Shown here piece by piece: positions 9,312-18,000 of a stretch of DNA of 32,000 nt. Each line of letters starts with the position of its first letter. Position 1 is the stretch's first letter. The notes beneath the pieces were generated by a model. The model was not told where the DNA came from. It did not search any database and saw only the letters and a program-made list of their open reading frames with translations. Origin of the DNA: Geotalea uraniireducens Rf4 (GTDB lineage Bacteria; Desulfobacterota; Desulfuromonadia; Geobacterales; Geobacteraceae); NCBI RefSeq assembly GCF_000016745.1, contig NC_009483.1, positions 3,750,001 through 3,782,000 of the forward strand. The letters run 5' to 3'. The position numbers were made by a program, and so were the translations under genes.

Positions 9312-10211
9312 CTATTTCACTAGTGAAACCGCTATGATTTTAAGCAATTTCCTAATTATTTTTGCGATTAATTTATCAATTAAACTGTTTTTGACTGACT
9401 CGGAATTAACAATAGACCACATAAATAGTTTATTTATCCCACAAGCATGTTTAATATTATTTTGGTTTGAGTGCATCATAGCTATTTTCATGCTTTCAAA
9501 CGATAAACCAGGTGTAAGTCTGTTATTTATGCGAACTCGATAACGCCAAGTAGCGTTTGGGTAAACATATAACTTGGCATTAAATAAGCATCTTAATATA
9601 AAATCGCGATCTTCGAATAAAAGATTGTCATTAAAACCGCCCAACTCGTGAAATATTGATTTTCTTATAATAAATCTTTGATACGGCGCCTCCCAGTTGA
9701 ACAACATGTCCATAGTTAAAATATATTTATTTGTCAGCGTAATGGGATTTTTGCCAAAAAATTTGAATGCACTATTAGCGACTTGTTTGCTGTCTTCATC
9801 AATCAATTCAGAATCTGATATGACAACATCTGCATTATTTGATAACAAGAATTGCAATGGACCTGATATGCCGTTCACGAGAAACTCATCGTCACTTGCA
9901 ATCGTTGTAAGGTAATCACCTTTTGCAATTGAAACCAGTCTATTCAGAGTTTTGCAAATTCCTGCATTTTGTTGTTTTTCGCAGACAATCCTAGCAAATC
10001 GCCCAGAATGCTTACCTGCCCATTCTTTAGCTACGATATACGTATTATCACGTGATCCATCATCGATAATTATTAACTCGATATTTTCGTAATCACAGTT
10101 ATAGATGCTTTCTAAACATTGCATTACGTATTTATCATGATTATAAGCAGGTATAAGAATTGATACGAGTGGTTTATGTATAGATTCACTTATCTGGGAA
10201 TAATTAATCAC
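9312..10211 (-). CDS. Glycosyltransferase, family 2
   Basis: LVSILIPAYNHDKYVMQCLESIYNCDYENIELIIIDDGSRDNT is a classical GT2 N-terminal signature. ASDDEF serves as the DxD-like segment. Confidence 0.88.
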   Translation of the reverse strand: MINYSQISESIHKPLVSILIPAYNHDKYVMQCLESIYNCDYENIELIIIDDGSRDNTYIVAKEWAGKHSGRFARIVCEKQQNAGICKTLNRLVSIAKGDYLTTIASDDEFLVNGISGPLQFLLSNNADVVISDSELIDEDSKQVANSAFKFFGKNPITLTNKYILTMDMLFNWEAPYQRFIIRKSIFHELGGFNDNLLFEDRDFILRCLFNAKLYVYPNATWRYRVRINNRLTPGLSFESMKIAMMHSNQNNIKHACGINKLFMWSIVNSESVKNSLIDKLIAKIIRKLLKIIAVSLVK

Positions 10212-11452
10212 CTACATTGTCTCCATACCAGAATAAACATTACCATCCAATAAAGCACATAGTTTGAAAAATAGGCCATTAAGACACCTTGTACCCCATA
10301 TATATCAGTCAAATAATAAACCATACCAATCCACGTAACTGTAAACAATACCTCTGTAATAATAAATGTTCTTACCATAGTGCGGCCTAGCATTACATAC
10401 GCTAACAACCAACTTCCGATCTTAACAACGTCGCCTGCCAATTGCCAGGCAAACAAACCTTTCATAGGAGAAAAATCAGGAGAAAACAGTGTTAGAACAA
10501 TCCAGTCACGAAGCAGGTAAATAGTCCCAGCACCCAGTACAGCAAGTGGTAATATTAATTTGTAGCCTTGTATAATTTCCTGCTTTAACTCCCTATTGTC
10601 ACGAATTTCAGAAAGTCGTGGAAGGTAATAAATGCCCAGTGTCGAGGTAACCAACAATAGATACATCTCACTTATCTTCGTTACCGCCTGCCAGTGCCCC
10701 GCAGTAGTCCAGCCCAAAGTTGTAGCGATGTGATTACGAACAATTATCTGGCTTGTTGGACCGACAGCAGCTGTCGTTAGAGCCATCAAAACAAATTTCG
10801 CTAAATTGCGTGCAATCGAACGATCAAAGTTCCCAATGAGGTTTTGGAGTCGAAACCAATCAGTCTTCAGACACATAGCAAATGTTACAATAAAAACAAT
10901 TGATTGATTGGTGGCTAAAGCGACCAGCGCCCCGTACAAGCTCCAGACACGAGCTAAAAAACCCGTTACAACAAGTGAAACCAAGCTCCCGGTAATATTT
11001 ACTATTACATAACGGCGAATGTCTTTCTTGCCGTTTAAGATAGCCAATAAAAGTGCATTAAATACAAAGAGCGTTAATGTTGCAGCAAACCAGAGAAATA
11101 CAGAACCGTAAGCTTCATTTTTTAGAAAAAGCAGTGCAAGTGAACGGTGAAATATTGCAATACCTAATGCAGCAAACAATGAACCGATAGCAACAATAAT
11201 TACAGCTGTACGCCAAACGGAACGCTGGCGTTCATCATCATCAAAATATTCAGCGGTATATTTCGTTACGCCGGTATTTATTCCTGCACTGGCAAATGTT
11301 GTAATCATGCCAATAGCATTTTGGAACTGACCAATAACCGCATAACCTGCAGGACCAACATATACTGCCAAAAGTTTGTTTAGACCCAATGCAGTGACAA
11401 GTTTGATGGCAACAGCAATACCGTTGAGAACGCTTGTTTTAAAAAGATTCAA
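10208..11452 (-). CDS. wzx: O-unit flippase, WzxE-like (polysaccharide biosynthesis protein family)
   Basis: 414 aa and polytopic. KLLAVYVGPAGYAVIGQFQN...GINTGVTKYTAEY and FAWQLAGDVVKIGSWLLAYV parallel E. coli WzxE segments as I recall them (KLLAVSFGPAGLG..., NGVTKYVAQY, FAWQLVGDVLKVGAY). Confidence 0.85.
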   Translation of the reverse strand: MNLFKTSVLNGIAVAIKLVTALGLNKLLAVYVGPAGYAVIGQFQNAIGMITTFASAGINTGVTKYTAEYFDDDERQRSVWRTAVIIVAIGSLFAALGIAIFHRSLALLFLKNEAYGSVFLWFAATLTLFVFNALLLAILNGKKDIRRYVIVNITGSLVSLVVTGFLARVWSLYGALVALATNQSIVFIVTFAMCLKTDWFRLQNLIGNFDRSIARNLAKFVLMALTTAAVGPTSQIIVRNHIATTLGWTTAGHWQAVTKISEMYLLLVTSTLGIYYLPRLSEIRDNRELKQEIIQGYKLILPLAVLGAGTIYLLRDWIVLTLFSPDFSPMKGLFAWQLAGDVVKIGSWLLAYVMLGRTMVRTFIITEVLFTVTWIGMVYYLTDIYGVQGVLMAYFSNYVLYWMVMFILVWRQCR

Positions 11453-11454
11453 AG

Positions 11455-12555
11455 CTAAACCAACCGGCGTACTGTTTCGGTAACCATCGACACTTGAGAG
11501 GGTGACATAGAAGGTCCCATCGGCAGACTCAAAACTTCGTTATGTACTTTCTCAGAAATAGGAAAACTCCCTTTCCCATAACCAAGTTCCGAATATGCCT
11601 CTTGCAAATGAGGCGGTATAGGGTAGTGAATCATGGTTCCAATCCTAGCATCAGTTAACTGCTTTTGCAGCTCACCACGTTTTTTTGATCTGACGACAAA
11701 CAGGTGCCACACAGGATCGGCCCAGTCCGGAACACACGGAAGAACAAGGTTCGTATTTGATGTTAATTGGTCAAAATACAGTGCTGCTACCTGCTTGCGC
11801 CGTTCATTCCACTCATCCAGCTTTGCCAGTTTTACCCGCAGCATTGCCGCATGTAACTCGTCGAGACGGGAATTGAATCCCATCACTTCATTGTGATACT
11901 TGATCTGTGAACCATAATTCCTCAGAATCCTTATTATTTCTGCTAGGTCATCGTCGTTGGTCGTTACGGCGCCCCCATCACCAAAGGCACCGAGGTTCTT
12001 TCCTGGATAAAAGCTGAAACCGGCTGCATCCCCTAAACCACCGGTTCTCCGGCCTTTGTACTTCGCCCCGTGGGCTTGGGCTGAATCTTCAAAAACTTTG
12101 AGGCCATGGCGAACTGCAATTTCGTTGATTCTGTCCATGTCTGCAGGTTGTCCGTAGAGATGTACCGGCATGATGGCTTTGGTGCATTCGGTAATGGCGC
12201 TTTCAATGCGGGATGGGTTAATATTGTAGGTTTGCTCGTCTGGCTCGACGGGCACAGGCGTTGCTCCTGAATAGGTGACGGCAAGCCATGTCGCGATATA
12301 GGTATTGGTGGGAACGATAACCTCATCGCCAGGCCCGATGCCGGATGCGCGCAGAATAAGGTGCAGTGCATCAAGACCGTTCCCCACGCCTATGCAGTGC
12401 TTTACCTGGCAATAAACGGCAAATTCAGCCTCAAACGCTTCAAGTTCTTTGCCGAGGATGTACCAGCCTGAATCCATCACCCGGCGGTAGGCAGCATCAA
12501 ATTCGTCTTGGAGTTCGAGATACTGTGCTTTCAAATCGAGAAAAGGAACTTTCAA
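11455..12555 (-). CDS. DegT/DnrJ/EryC1-family PLP aminotransferase. It is a probable dTDP-3-oxo-6-deoxyhexose 3-aminotransferase (FdtB/QdtB-like), judged from the neighbouring gene.
   Basis: [12 protein letters not shown]..., GNGLDALHL and [17 protein letters not shown] (PLP-lysine segment) are present. It is translationally coupled to the ketoisomerase gene upstream. Confidence 0.85.
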   Translation of the reverse strand: MKVPFLDLKAQYLELQDEFDAAYRRVMDSGWYILGKELEAFEAEFAVYCQVKHCIGVGNGLDALHLILRASGIGPGDEVIVPTNTYIATWLAVTYSGATPVPVEPDEQTYNINPSRIESAITECTKAIMPVHLYGQPADMDRINEIAVRHGLKVFEDSAQAHGAKYKGRRTGGLGDAAGFSFYPGKNLGAFGDGGAVTTNDDDLAEIIRILRNYGSQIKYHNEVMGFNSRLDELHAAMLRVKLAKLDEWNERRKQVAALYFDQLTSNTNLVLPCVPDWADPVWHLFVVRSKKRGELQKQLTDARIGTMIHYPIPPHLQEAYSELGYGKGSFPISEKVHNEVLSLPMGPSMSPSQVSMVTETVRRLV

Positions 12556-12968
12556 TTTCCACCTCTTACGGCTTTGATAAACGACTCATAGTCTCGATAG
12601 TAATCTTCTTCATCATAGAGATTTGACGCCAGGACCATGCAGACTGACCCGGATGAGAAATTGTCAAGTTCACGCCAAATCATTGGGCGAACATACAGGC
12701 CGTAGTAAGATCGATTAAGATGAAAGCGCTTCTTTTCATTGCCGTCATCCAGTACGACATCAAAACTACCGGACATGGCGATAATCAACTGGTGCAATGC
12801 CTTGTGCCCATGTCCACCACGTTCTGCACCACCTGGAACATCGTAGAGATAGTAGACGCGTTTGATGTCGAAAGGAATATGCCTTCCTTCCCCTTCAATG
12901 AAGGTAAGGTTACCACGAGGGTCAGTGATTTTTGGCAAATCAGTGATTTTGCAGTCCGATAATGGCAT
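12552..12968 (-). CDS. dTDP-4-oxo-6-deoxy-D-glucose 3,4-ketoisomerase (FdtA/QdtA, WxcM-like cupin)
   Basis: 138 aa. [41 protein letters not shown]...[15 protein letters not shown] matches the FdtA/WxcM C-terminal-domain family very closely. The sequence alone cannot distinguish the galacto (FdtA) from the gluco (QdtA) product. Confidence 0.88.
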   Translation of the reverse strand: MPLSDCKITDLPKITDPRGNLTFIEGEGRHIPFDIKRVYYLYDVPGGAERGGHGHKALHQLIIAMSGSFDVVLDDGNEKKRFHLNRSYYGLYVRPMIWRELDNFSSGSVCMVLASNLYDEEDYYRDYESFIKAVRGGN

Positions 12969-12970
12969 CT

Positions 12971-13702
12971 TTAACTACCCGTATTACGTAAAGCAACAAT
13001 GTATATTTCGCCAGCGATATCTGGGTAACGTTCACCAAGTTGCATGAACGCATCGAGCATCTGCGGTGTCCAATTGTCTTCGATTTGCTTGTTGGAAACC
13101 GGTTTCAACCAGTAGCCACCAAAGACTTCAATATTCAATCCTGCTACATAGAAAGCATCTCGAAACGATTCAGGATTGAACACTCTACGATGACCATGAT
13201 GAACATCCATTTCATTTAAAGAATCTTCCGCTGTCAGAATACCCATGACTACTGCAGCCTGACGGTGCAATGAGTGCGCGTTGGGTACCGCTGCAAAAAT
13301 GCGACCGACATCAGGCTTAAGCCACATTTTTGCGCGAGAAAGAATATCAACCGGATCATTTACATGTTCAAGCACATGACCGAGGATGATGGTGTCAAAT
13401 TTCACTGATGGATTAAATTCCTCAAAAAGCGCATTCACAATTTCTGCCTGAGGAAAACGTTTTCTTAGATCATCACAAAAGAGGCTAGATCCTTCCACTA
13501 TAGCCATCTTTTTATTAAGGGTTGCCAACAATCCTGTCATCACTCCTTCGGCAGGTCCCATTTCTAATATAGATTCACCATTTATAAATCGAGAGACAAT
13601 CTTAAAGCAATATGAGATAGCTGTCGACATCACGCCAGATGAATACATCGACATTTCAGATATGGTTTGTAATCTTTTTTTTTCACCAATGACAGAATTC
13701 AT
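12971..13702 (-). CDS. Class I SAM-dependent methyltransferase
   Basis: ILEMGPAEGVMTGLL (motif I-like), FDTIILGHVLEHVNDP and a following helical/beta region indicate the Methyltransf_11/23 type. Confidence 0.8.
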   Translation of the reverse strand: MNSVIGEKKRLQTISEMSMYSSGVMSTAISYCFKIVSRFINGESILEMGPAEGVMTGLLATLNKKMAIVEGSSLFCDDLRKRFPQAEIVNALFEEFNPSVKFDTIILGHVLEHVNDPVDILSRAKMWLKPDVGRIFAAVPNAHSLHRQAAVVMGILTAEDSLNEMDVHHGHRRVFNPESFRDAFYVAGLNIEVFGGYWLKPVSNKQIEDNWTPQMLDAFMQLGERYPDIAGEIYIVALRNTGS

Positions 13703-14115
13703 ATGTTTACCTTGTTTGTTCTTTCAATTAATTCTAGCATCATTCTGTTGGGAAACATGACAAAGCCGATGCGGCACAAATCAAAAGCAACTGCTGGAAC
13801 CTGCTCAACAATCATCTTTGCACGCTTTGCACGAGCCCAGTTAATGGCAGAGTCAAGATCATCGACCCAGTACGCAAAGTGATACATCTTTACGCCTGCA
13901 TTGATCCATGGTGTCAGCGTTACAGACCCTGGCAAATTTTCCAGCAACTCAACCCTTGGTCCGGGACCAACAAGAAAGCAGCCGGATATGCCCTGCACGG
14001 GATCGGCAAACAAATCGCCTTCCTGACAATATCCCATATACTCGAAAAACTGTCGTTCGCGCTCAATCGATTCGGTGGCATAACCTAAGTGATGGAACTC
14101 GTATCCTTCCGGCAT
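13699..14115 (-). CDS. VOC-family (glyoxalase / methylmalonyl-CoA-epimerase-like) protein
   Basis: FHHLGYATESIERERQFF ... MYHFAYWVDDLDSAINW are paired beta-alpha-beta-beta-beta modules. The ORF-track start at 14250 would overlap the upstream GNAT gene by 125 nt. ATG 14115 (MPEGYEFHHLGY) lies 10 nt past the GNAT stop, so it is preferred. Confidence 0.7.
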   Translation of the reverse strand: MPEGYEFHHLGYATESIERERQFFEYMGYCQEGDLFADPVQGISGCFLVGPGPRVELLENLPGSVTLTPWINAGVKMYHFAYWVDDLDSAINWARAKRAKMIVEQVPAVAFDLCRIGFVMFPNRMMLELIERTNKVNI

Positions 14116-14125
14116 TTTATGTAAA

Positions 14126-14731
14126 TCAGCCACGTAATACCCTCTTTGCAGTAAGCTTTGCCAATTCTTCAAGCCGGCGCACAATACAGTTCCAACCTGT
14201 ACGGTCCAGACAATGCTCAACAGCATCAAAGCGCAAGCCTCTAATTTCAAAATGCTGGGGCAATAGCCTACGTTCTGAAATGCCGCACGAATCGTGAAAC
14301 GACACTACCTTGACATTGTCGGCAACTGTGCGGCAATGCACAGAGTCAAGATTCAGAATCTCGAAAACCACACGATATATCAACCATGCGCATTCTATCG
14401 CCGCGAGTGAACCTTCCTTGAGTATCCAGCGGCCCCACTCTCCGGTCTTGGCCTGCGGATCGATGTCGTAAATTGAGACGACCCCTTCGGCTGCGCCATT
14501 ATCCCTACGCTCCAAAACAAAGTAATAATCGTTTGTGCGGGCATAATAAAGGTTCAACCACGCCAACTGATCCTCAATGCGGTTGGAACCAGCATGTAGA
14601 TAAGAATTGAGTGCGGGGTTGGTACGCAACTCAATGACGAAGGCGGCATCTTCATCAGTTATTAGTCTCAGGCGGAAGGCGAAGCCCTCAACAATAATAT
14701 TATGCCGCATGTTTAGCCAGTACCGCGTCAA
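14126..14731 (-). CDS. GNAT-family N-acyltransferase (RimJ/RimL-like)
   Basis: About 200 aa. FRLRLITDEDAAFVIELRTNP... and ...GEWGRWILKEGSLAAIECAWLIYRVVFEILNLDSVHCRTVADNVKVVSFH have GNAT topology. An alternative start at ATG 14710 is possible. Confidence 0.75.
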   Translation of the reverse strand: MTRYWLNMRHNIIVEGFAFRLRLITDEDAAFVIELRTNPALNSYLHAGSNRIEDQLAWLNLYYARTNDYYFVLERRDNGAAEGVVSIYDIDPQAKTGEWGRWILKEGSLAAIECAWLIYRVVFEILNLDSVHCRTVADNVKVVSFHDSCGISERRLLPQHFEIRGLRFDAVEHCLDRTGWNCIVRRLEELAKLTAKRVLRG

Positions 14732-14942
14732 CTATTTTGACCACACTGTCAAGCTTGGCCAATTCTTCTTGTGAAAACTCAACACCTAATTCTTCTTCGA
14801 GAGCGAACATGATTTCAATGTGCTTCAGCGAGTCCCAATCGGAAGCATTCTGGCGACAAATGTCGTCACCGAGCTTTAGCTGGCACTTGAGAAACGCCTC
14901 GAGTACGCTCAGCACTGTTTGTTCAATCTGATTGCGATGCAT
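14700..14942 (-). CDS. Acyl carrier protein
   Basis: 80 aa. WDSLKHIEIMFALEEELGVEF contains the DSL phosphopantetheinylation motif in the usual helix-II context. Confidence 0.85.
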   Translation of the reverse strand: MHRNQIEQTVLSVLEAFLKCQLKLGDDICRQNASDWDSLKHIEIMFALEEELGVEFSQEELAKLDSVVKIVDAVLAKHAA

Positions 14943-14951
14943 AGATATAAT

Positions 14952-16637
14952 TTACTCCTTGATCAATGTGATACCATCGGTTGAGACAAAGTTTTCTATC
15001 CGTTCAGCCTGCAGGGTGTAAAGTCCAGGCTCCGGCACCTCAACCATAGCGAACAAACGCGACAACCATTTAAGCGCTGGTTGATTACGAGGTCCATGCA
15101 GCACTCGGAATGCAACTTTACGACACCCGGTAAACAGCGACATGCCACGGATTGCACCAAGAATAATCGTATCTTCCAACTGGCGCCCTAAGGCGCGGCA
15201 ACTAACACATAATTCTTCAACAATTAGTTGATCATTATTGCGCTCGCATACGAGCACAGCAATCACACCGCTATCAGACAGGCGGTCCTTCATATGCACA
15301 CTGGCCACGCAAGCATTGACGCACTCTAGGCGTTCAGCCACTTCGGCTTGATTGAAACGCCGAAGTGCAAGATTAAACTGGTTGGTTTTATTGCACAAAT
15401 CGGCTAATCTGGATAGCTGATTAACAGGATTGTAGTGGTAGGTCAGCGAGACTTCCAGACTACGGAAATAGTCTGCCGTATCAAAAGTTTCTGCAAGCAA
15501 TTTTTCGCGCTCAGCATTGGCCTTCATATCCTGCACCCGCTTAGCGTCTTCATCTTCGATTTTCCAGCGCCATAAACCAGGGAAATGTTCCACTGCCAGT
15601 TGTGTCAGGCTAGCATCCAGATTGGCAAACACTGTGTGCACTTGCGGCAGTTGTGCCGCAACCGACGCTAACTCGCCAGGGTTATCGTCAACAAAAAGCA
15701 CTGCGTCTGGTGAAATACGTAATGTGTCGGCAATACGCTTGATAGCGGTGGCCTTCTCCCCCCACGACACTTCCGTGACCGAGAAATCGCCCCACTTCAG
15801 TGGATAGTCGTCACGTTTGTTAAATAGAGTTTCAACATCTGGACGCTCATTACGAGACACAAGTGTGATAAAAATTCCGCGTTGCAGCAGTGACTTTAAA
15901 AAGAATTGAAAATTACGATGTTGCTGCGAAAGTTGGACCCCTTTAATTCCATCTTCACCCAAGACTCCAATATGCAGGGTATTGTCGAGATCGAGTGCCA
16001 CTGCTTTCATGGGGGGGAACACCGCTGCAGGTAACCAGTGACAAGCCAGTTTCCGTGCTATTAGAGGCTGGGCAGCATTACTGACCGGCGTACCGGCCAT
16101 AGCGACACTGCGAAAATCGATCAGATTGACACCGGCTTCGCTGCAGACAGCACCGACATCGGCGAAATAAACTGCTGGCATTGACGTGAAAGATGTTTGC
16201 AGTTCTATCCGCTGCGCATCATTTTCCAGCCAGGTAGCAATAATAACCGGTGCGGTGGTGGCGCTCCGCAACGCTTTCAGTCTGGCGATCAGCCACTCGG
16301 TCCATGCCGCGAAACTCGTATTAGAAAGGTAACGACTGCTATCGAGCCAGATTAGTTCAACATCCGCCGGAGTGTGATTTGCAAACATCAGTGTATCATC
16401 GTAGTCACCGAGCCTGAACTCGGCTTGCCAACAACCATAAGCAATATAAGGGAGTGTTAAGCTGGCAACAGGTTCAAAAGCATGGTTGCGCCATACATTC
16501 ACGAAGATTTTTTTCATTCCAGCCACATCCGGGACAATGCTTTGCAAAGCAAGTCGACTAGGACGGGTCGCAAATAGTGTAGATTGCGCTTCATAGCGCC
16601 AGAAACTCGTATTTAAATGGCGTTGAATTAAATCCAT
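14952..16637 (-). CDS. FkbH-like protein (HAD-superfamily phosphatase subfamily IIIC with an acyl-transfer domain)
   Basis: 561 aa. The HAD motif I is VALDLDNTLHIGVLGEDG. Also present are FVDDNPGE and the C-terminal ELCVSCRALGRQLE segment, matching the conserved SCR-x-LGR cysteine segment of FkbH-family enzymes. It lies next to an ACP gene. Confidence 0.85.
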   Translation of the reverse strand: MDLIQRHLNTSFWRYEAQSTLFATRPSRLALQSIVPDVAGMKKIFVNVWRNHAFEPVASLTLPYIAYGCWQAEFRLGDYDDTLMFANHTPADVELIWLDSSRYLSNTSFAAWTEWLIARLKALRSATTAPVIIATWLENDAQRIELQTSFTSMPAVYFADVGAVCSEAGVNLIDFRSVAMAGTPVSNAAQPLIARKLACHWLPAAVFPPMKAVALDLDNTLHIGVLGEDGIKGVQLSQQHRNFQFFLKSLLQRGIFITLVSRNERPDVETLFNKRDDYPLKWGDFSVTEVSWGEKATAIKRIADTLRISPDAVLFVDDNPGELASVAAQLPQVHTVFANLDASLTQLAVEHFPGLWRWKIEDEDAKRVQDMKANAEREKLLAETFDTADYFRSLEVSLTYHYNPVNQLSRLADLCNKTNQFNLALRRFNQAEVAERLECVNACVASVHMKDRLSDSGVIAVLVCERNNDQLIVEELCVSCRALGRQLEDTIILGAIRGMSLFTGCRKVAFRVLHGPRNQPALKWLSRLFAMVEVPEPGLYTLQAERIENFVSTDGITLIKE

Positions 16638-16670
16638 CAGATCACCCTTTACCTGATAAGAGAAACAGAA

Positions 16671-16765
16671 GGGTCAAATCTCAGCTCATGACACCCCACT
16701 TCCTATTCCCACATTATAATGTTCAATCACCCAATACATCAGGTTCTACGTTCAAATGCTTTCCT
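16671..16765 (-). repeat. Copy 1 of the ~90-bp 'downstream element' that follows type-1 small genes
   Basis: GGGTCAAATCTCAGCTCATGACACCCCACTTCCTATTCCCACATTATAATGTTCAATCACCC..GTTCTACGTTCAAATGC aligns with 18255-18338 at roughly 85% by eye, and partially with 18625-18702. Confidence 0.85.
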
Positions 16766-17038
16766 TCACCCGATATACACCCCATGATGCGCCTCGGTAT
16801 CGGCCCGGTGAGCGGAAAGGTCGGCAGACACGGCATCCATCTTCTTGCTGAGGCGTTCATCTACGGCATCAATCTTTTTATTCAATGCCCCAATCATAAA
16901 GGAGTTATGCTCGATCTTTTCATTCAGCTCATCAAATCGGTTATCAATCTTTCTGTCAAGAGCAGCATGACTTTCAAGAACCAGATCGAATTTGCTGCTG
17001 ATATCTTCGAGTAAGACTTCCAAATTCTCTTTTTTCAT
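16766..17038 (-). CDS. Small coiled-coil protein with tail box, type 1 (copy A; tail shortened by a 2-bp insertion)
   Basis: 90 aa. There is a strong RBS (GGAGGAACGT-ATG). The sequence is MKKENLEVLLEDISSKFDLVLESHAALDRKIDNRFDELNEKIEHNSF...SADLSAHRADTEAHHGVYIG*. It is paralogous to copies C and D. Confidence 0.8.
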   Translation of the reverse strand: MKKENLEVLLEDISSKFDLVLESHAALDRKIDNRFDELNEKIEHNSFMIGALNKKIDAVDERLSKKMDAVSADLSAHRADTEAHHGVYIG

Positions 17039-17113
17039 ACGTTCCTCCGTTATCCGTGAACGTCCGTGACAAACAAAGGTTTACAACTCAAAATTCAAAA
17101 CTCAAAATTGCCC

Positions 17114-17401
17114 CTAATCCCCTTCCTTCACCCGATACACCCCGCGATGCGCCTCGGTATCCGCCCGGTGGGCAGCTACATCAGCGGCAATTCTATCTAT
17201 TTTCTCGCAGAGACTCGTCTCGACCTGTTCCAGTTTCTCCGAAAGCATCTGGTGTCCTTCAGCCACAACTGTCAGCCCATGCTGAAACCCTTCAGTTTGC
17301 AGCGTTATTTGGTGGTCAAACTCGGCAATAATTTCGTGCTTGAAATGTTCCAGCTTGGCATCGAACTTAGCGGAAACACTTTCCAGCTTGGCATCGAACA
17401 T
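17114..17401 (-). CDS. Small coiled-coil protein with tail box, type 2 (copy B; a 5'-truncated near-duplicate of E, possibly a pseudogene)
   Basis: 95 aa. MFDAKLESVSAKFDAKLEHFKHEIIAEFDHQITLQTEGFQHGL...AADVAAHRADTEAHRGVYRVKEGD*. It differs from 20952..~21205 by about a dozen mismatches over ~250 nt by eye. No Shine-Dalgarno sequence precedes its ATG, and homology to E breaks inside the 33-bp repeats. Confidence 0.55.
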   Translation of the reverse strand: MFDAKLESVSAKFDAKLEHFKHEIIAEFDHQITLQTEGFQHGLTVVAEGHQMLSEKLEQVETSLCEKIDRIAADVAAHRADTEAHRGVYRVKEGD

Positions 17402-17477
17402 AGTGGGAAGGGAGCTAAAGGGGGACGTAGTTGATTTGTTGACTTGTTTCTACAAGTCCTCAGCTCCCCGTTCCCTG

Positions 17478-17594
17478 CTACCCGCCCAACAGCGGCACTT
17501 CAAAACCTGCCTGTATGAAATGCTCATCAAAACTCAACGCCACCTTCAGCCGCCCTTCCTTCATGACCACAAAGTAAAAACGGTCCACAAACCC
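17478..17594 (-). pseudogene. Relic of the C-terminal third of a PIN-domain (VapC-like) toxin
   Basis: Hand translation gives (stop,stop)SWGFVDRFYFVVMKEGRLKVALSFDEHFIQAGFEVPLLGG*. The pattern vD..sFvvM+..g...A.sFD.HF.qaGF is the typical C-terminus of VapC PIN toxins. Two stops lie immediately upstream, and there is no start and no partner antitoxin. Confidence 0.5.
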
Positions 17595-17709
17595 CCAGCT
17601 TTATCAGGACGCCCCTTATACAGGACAAGCGCGTTCTCGAATCAAAAGGGGGCAAGCCGCCAGGATCAGGCTTCCAAGAATACAAGTTCCAAAGGCCTTA
17701 TCTGCCGTC

Positions 17710-18000
17710 CTATTCCGATCTTAATAAGCGCTTTCCGTGGACGACAGCAGCAACAGTTATGAGTTCCCCTTCAATACGATAAATAACCCTGTAGCTGAAC
17801 ACGAAATGCTCTCTGAACGCATCGTCCTTCATCTCCGGCACAACACGCCCCGAAAGGGGGAATTCCGAGAGTTGCCTCGTGACGCCGATGATTTTCGTAA
17901 CGACCGCCTTTGCATAAAAGGGGGAATCCCTTTCGATGTACTCTGCTATCGCTTCAACATCTGCCAGCGCCTGAGGCGACCATCTTACGCTGTGTGCCAT
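17710..18000 (-). CDS. Type II toxin, RelE/ParE family
   Basis: 96 aa. MAHSVRWSPQALADVEAIAEYIERDSPFYAKAVV...LSEFPLSGRVVPE...REHFVFSYRVIYRIEGELITVAAVVHGKR is a typical ParE/RelE-superfamily layout. It overlaps the upstream antitoxin gene by 16 nt. Confidence 0.88.
   Translation of the reverse strand: MAHSVRWSPQALADVEAIAEYIERDSPFYAKAVVTKIIGVTRQLSEFPLSGRVVPEMKDDAFREHFVFSYRVIYRIEGELITVAAVVHGKRLLRSE

Noticed and set aside
9277-9543. Plus-strand ORFs in the AT-rich block (9277..9543, 5810..6022, 8329..8553 and others)
   Set aside because: They are antisense to well-supported GT2, Wzy and SDR genes. They have no RBS and no recognisable domain.
12483-12490. GGCGGTAG (ops/JUMPStart-like octamer), plus a 7/8 match TGCGGTAGCGGT near 3702
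   Set aside because: Both lie on the plus strand inside minus-strand coding sequences, so they are antisense to all transcription here. They are probably chance occurrences.
13699-14250. Long version of the VOC-family ORF (183 aa) overlapping the GNAT gene by 125 nt
   Set aside because: The N-terminal 45 residues are hydrophobic or low-complexity and lie within the GNAT coding region. The VOC fold begins right after Met46 (14115), which sits 10 nt past the GNAT stop.
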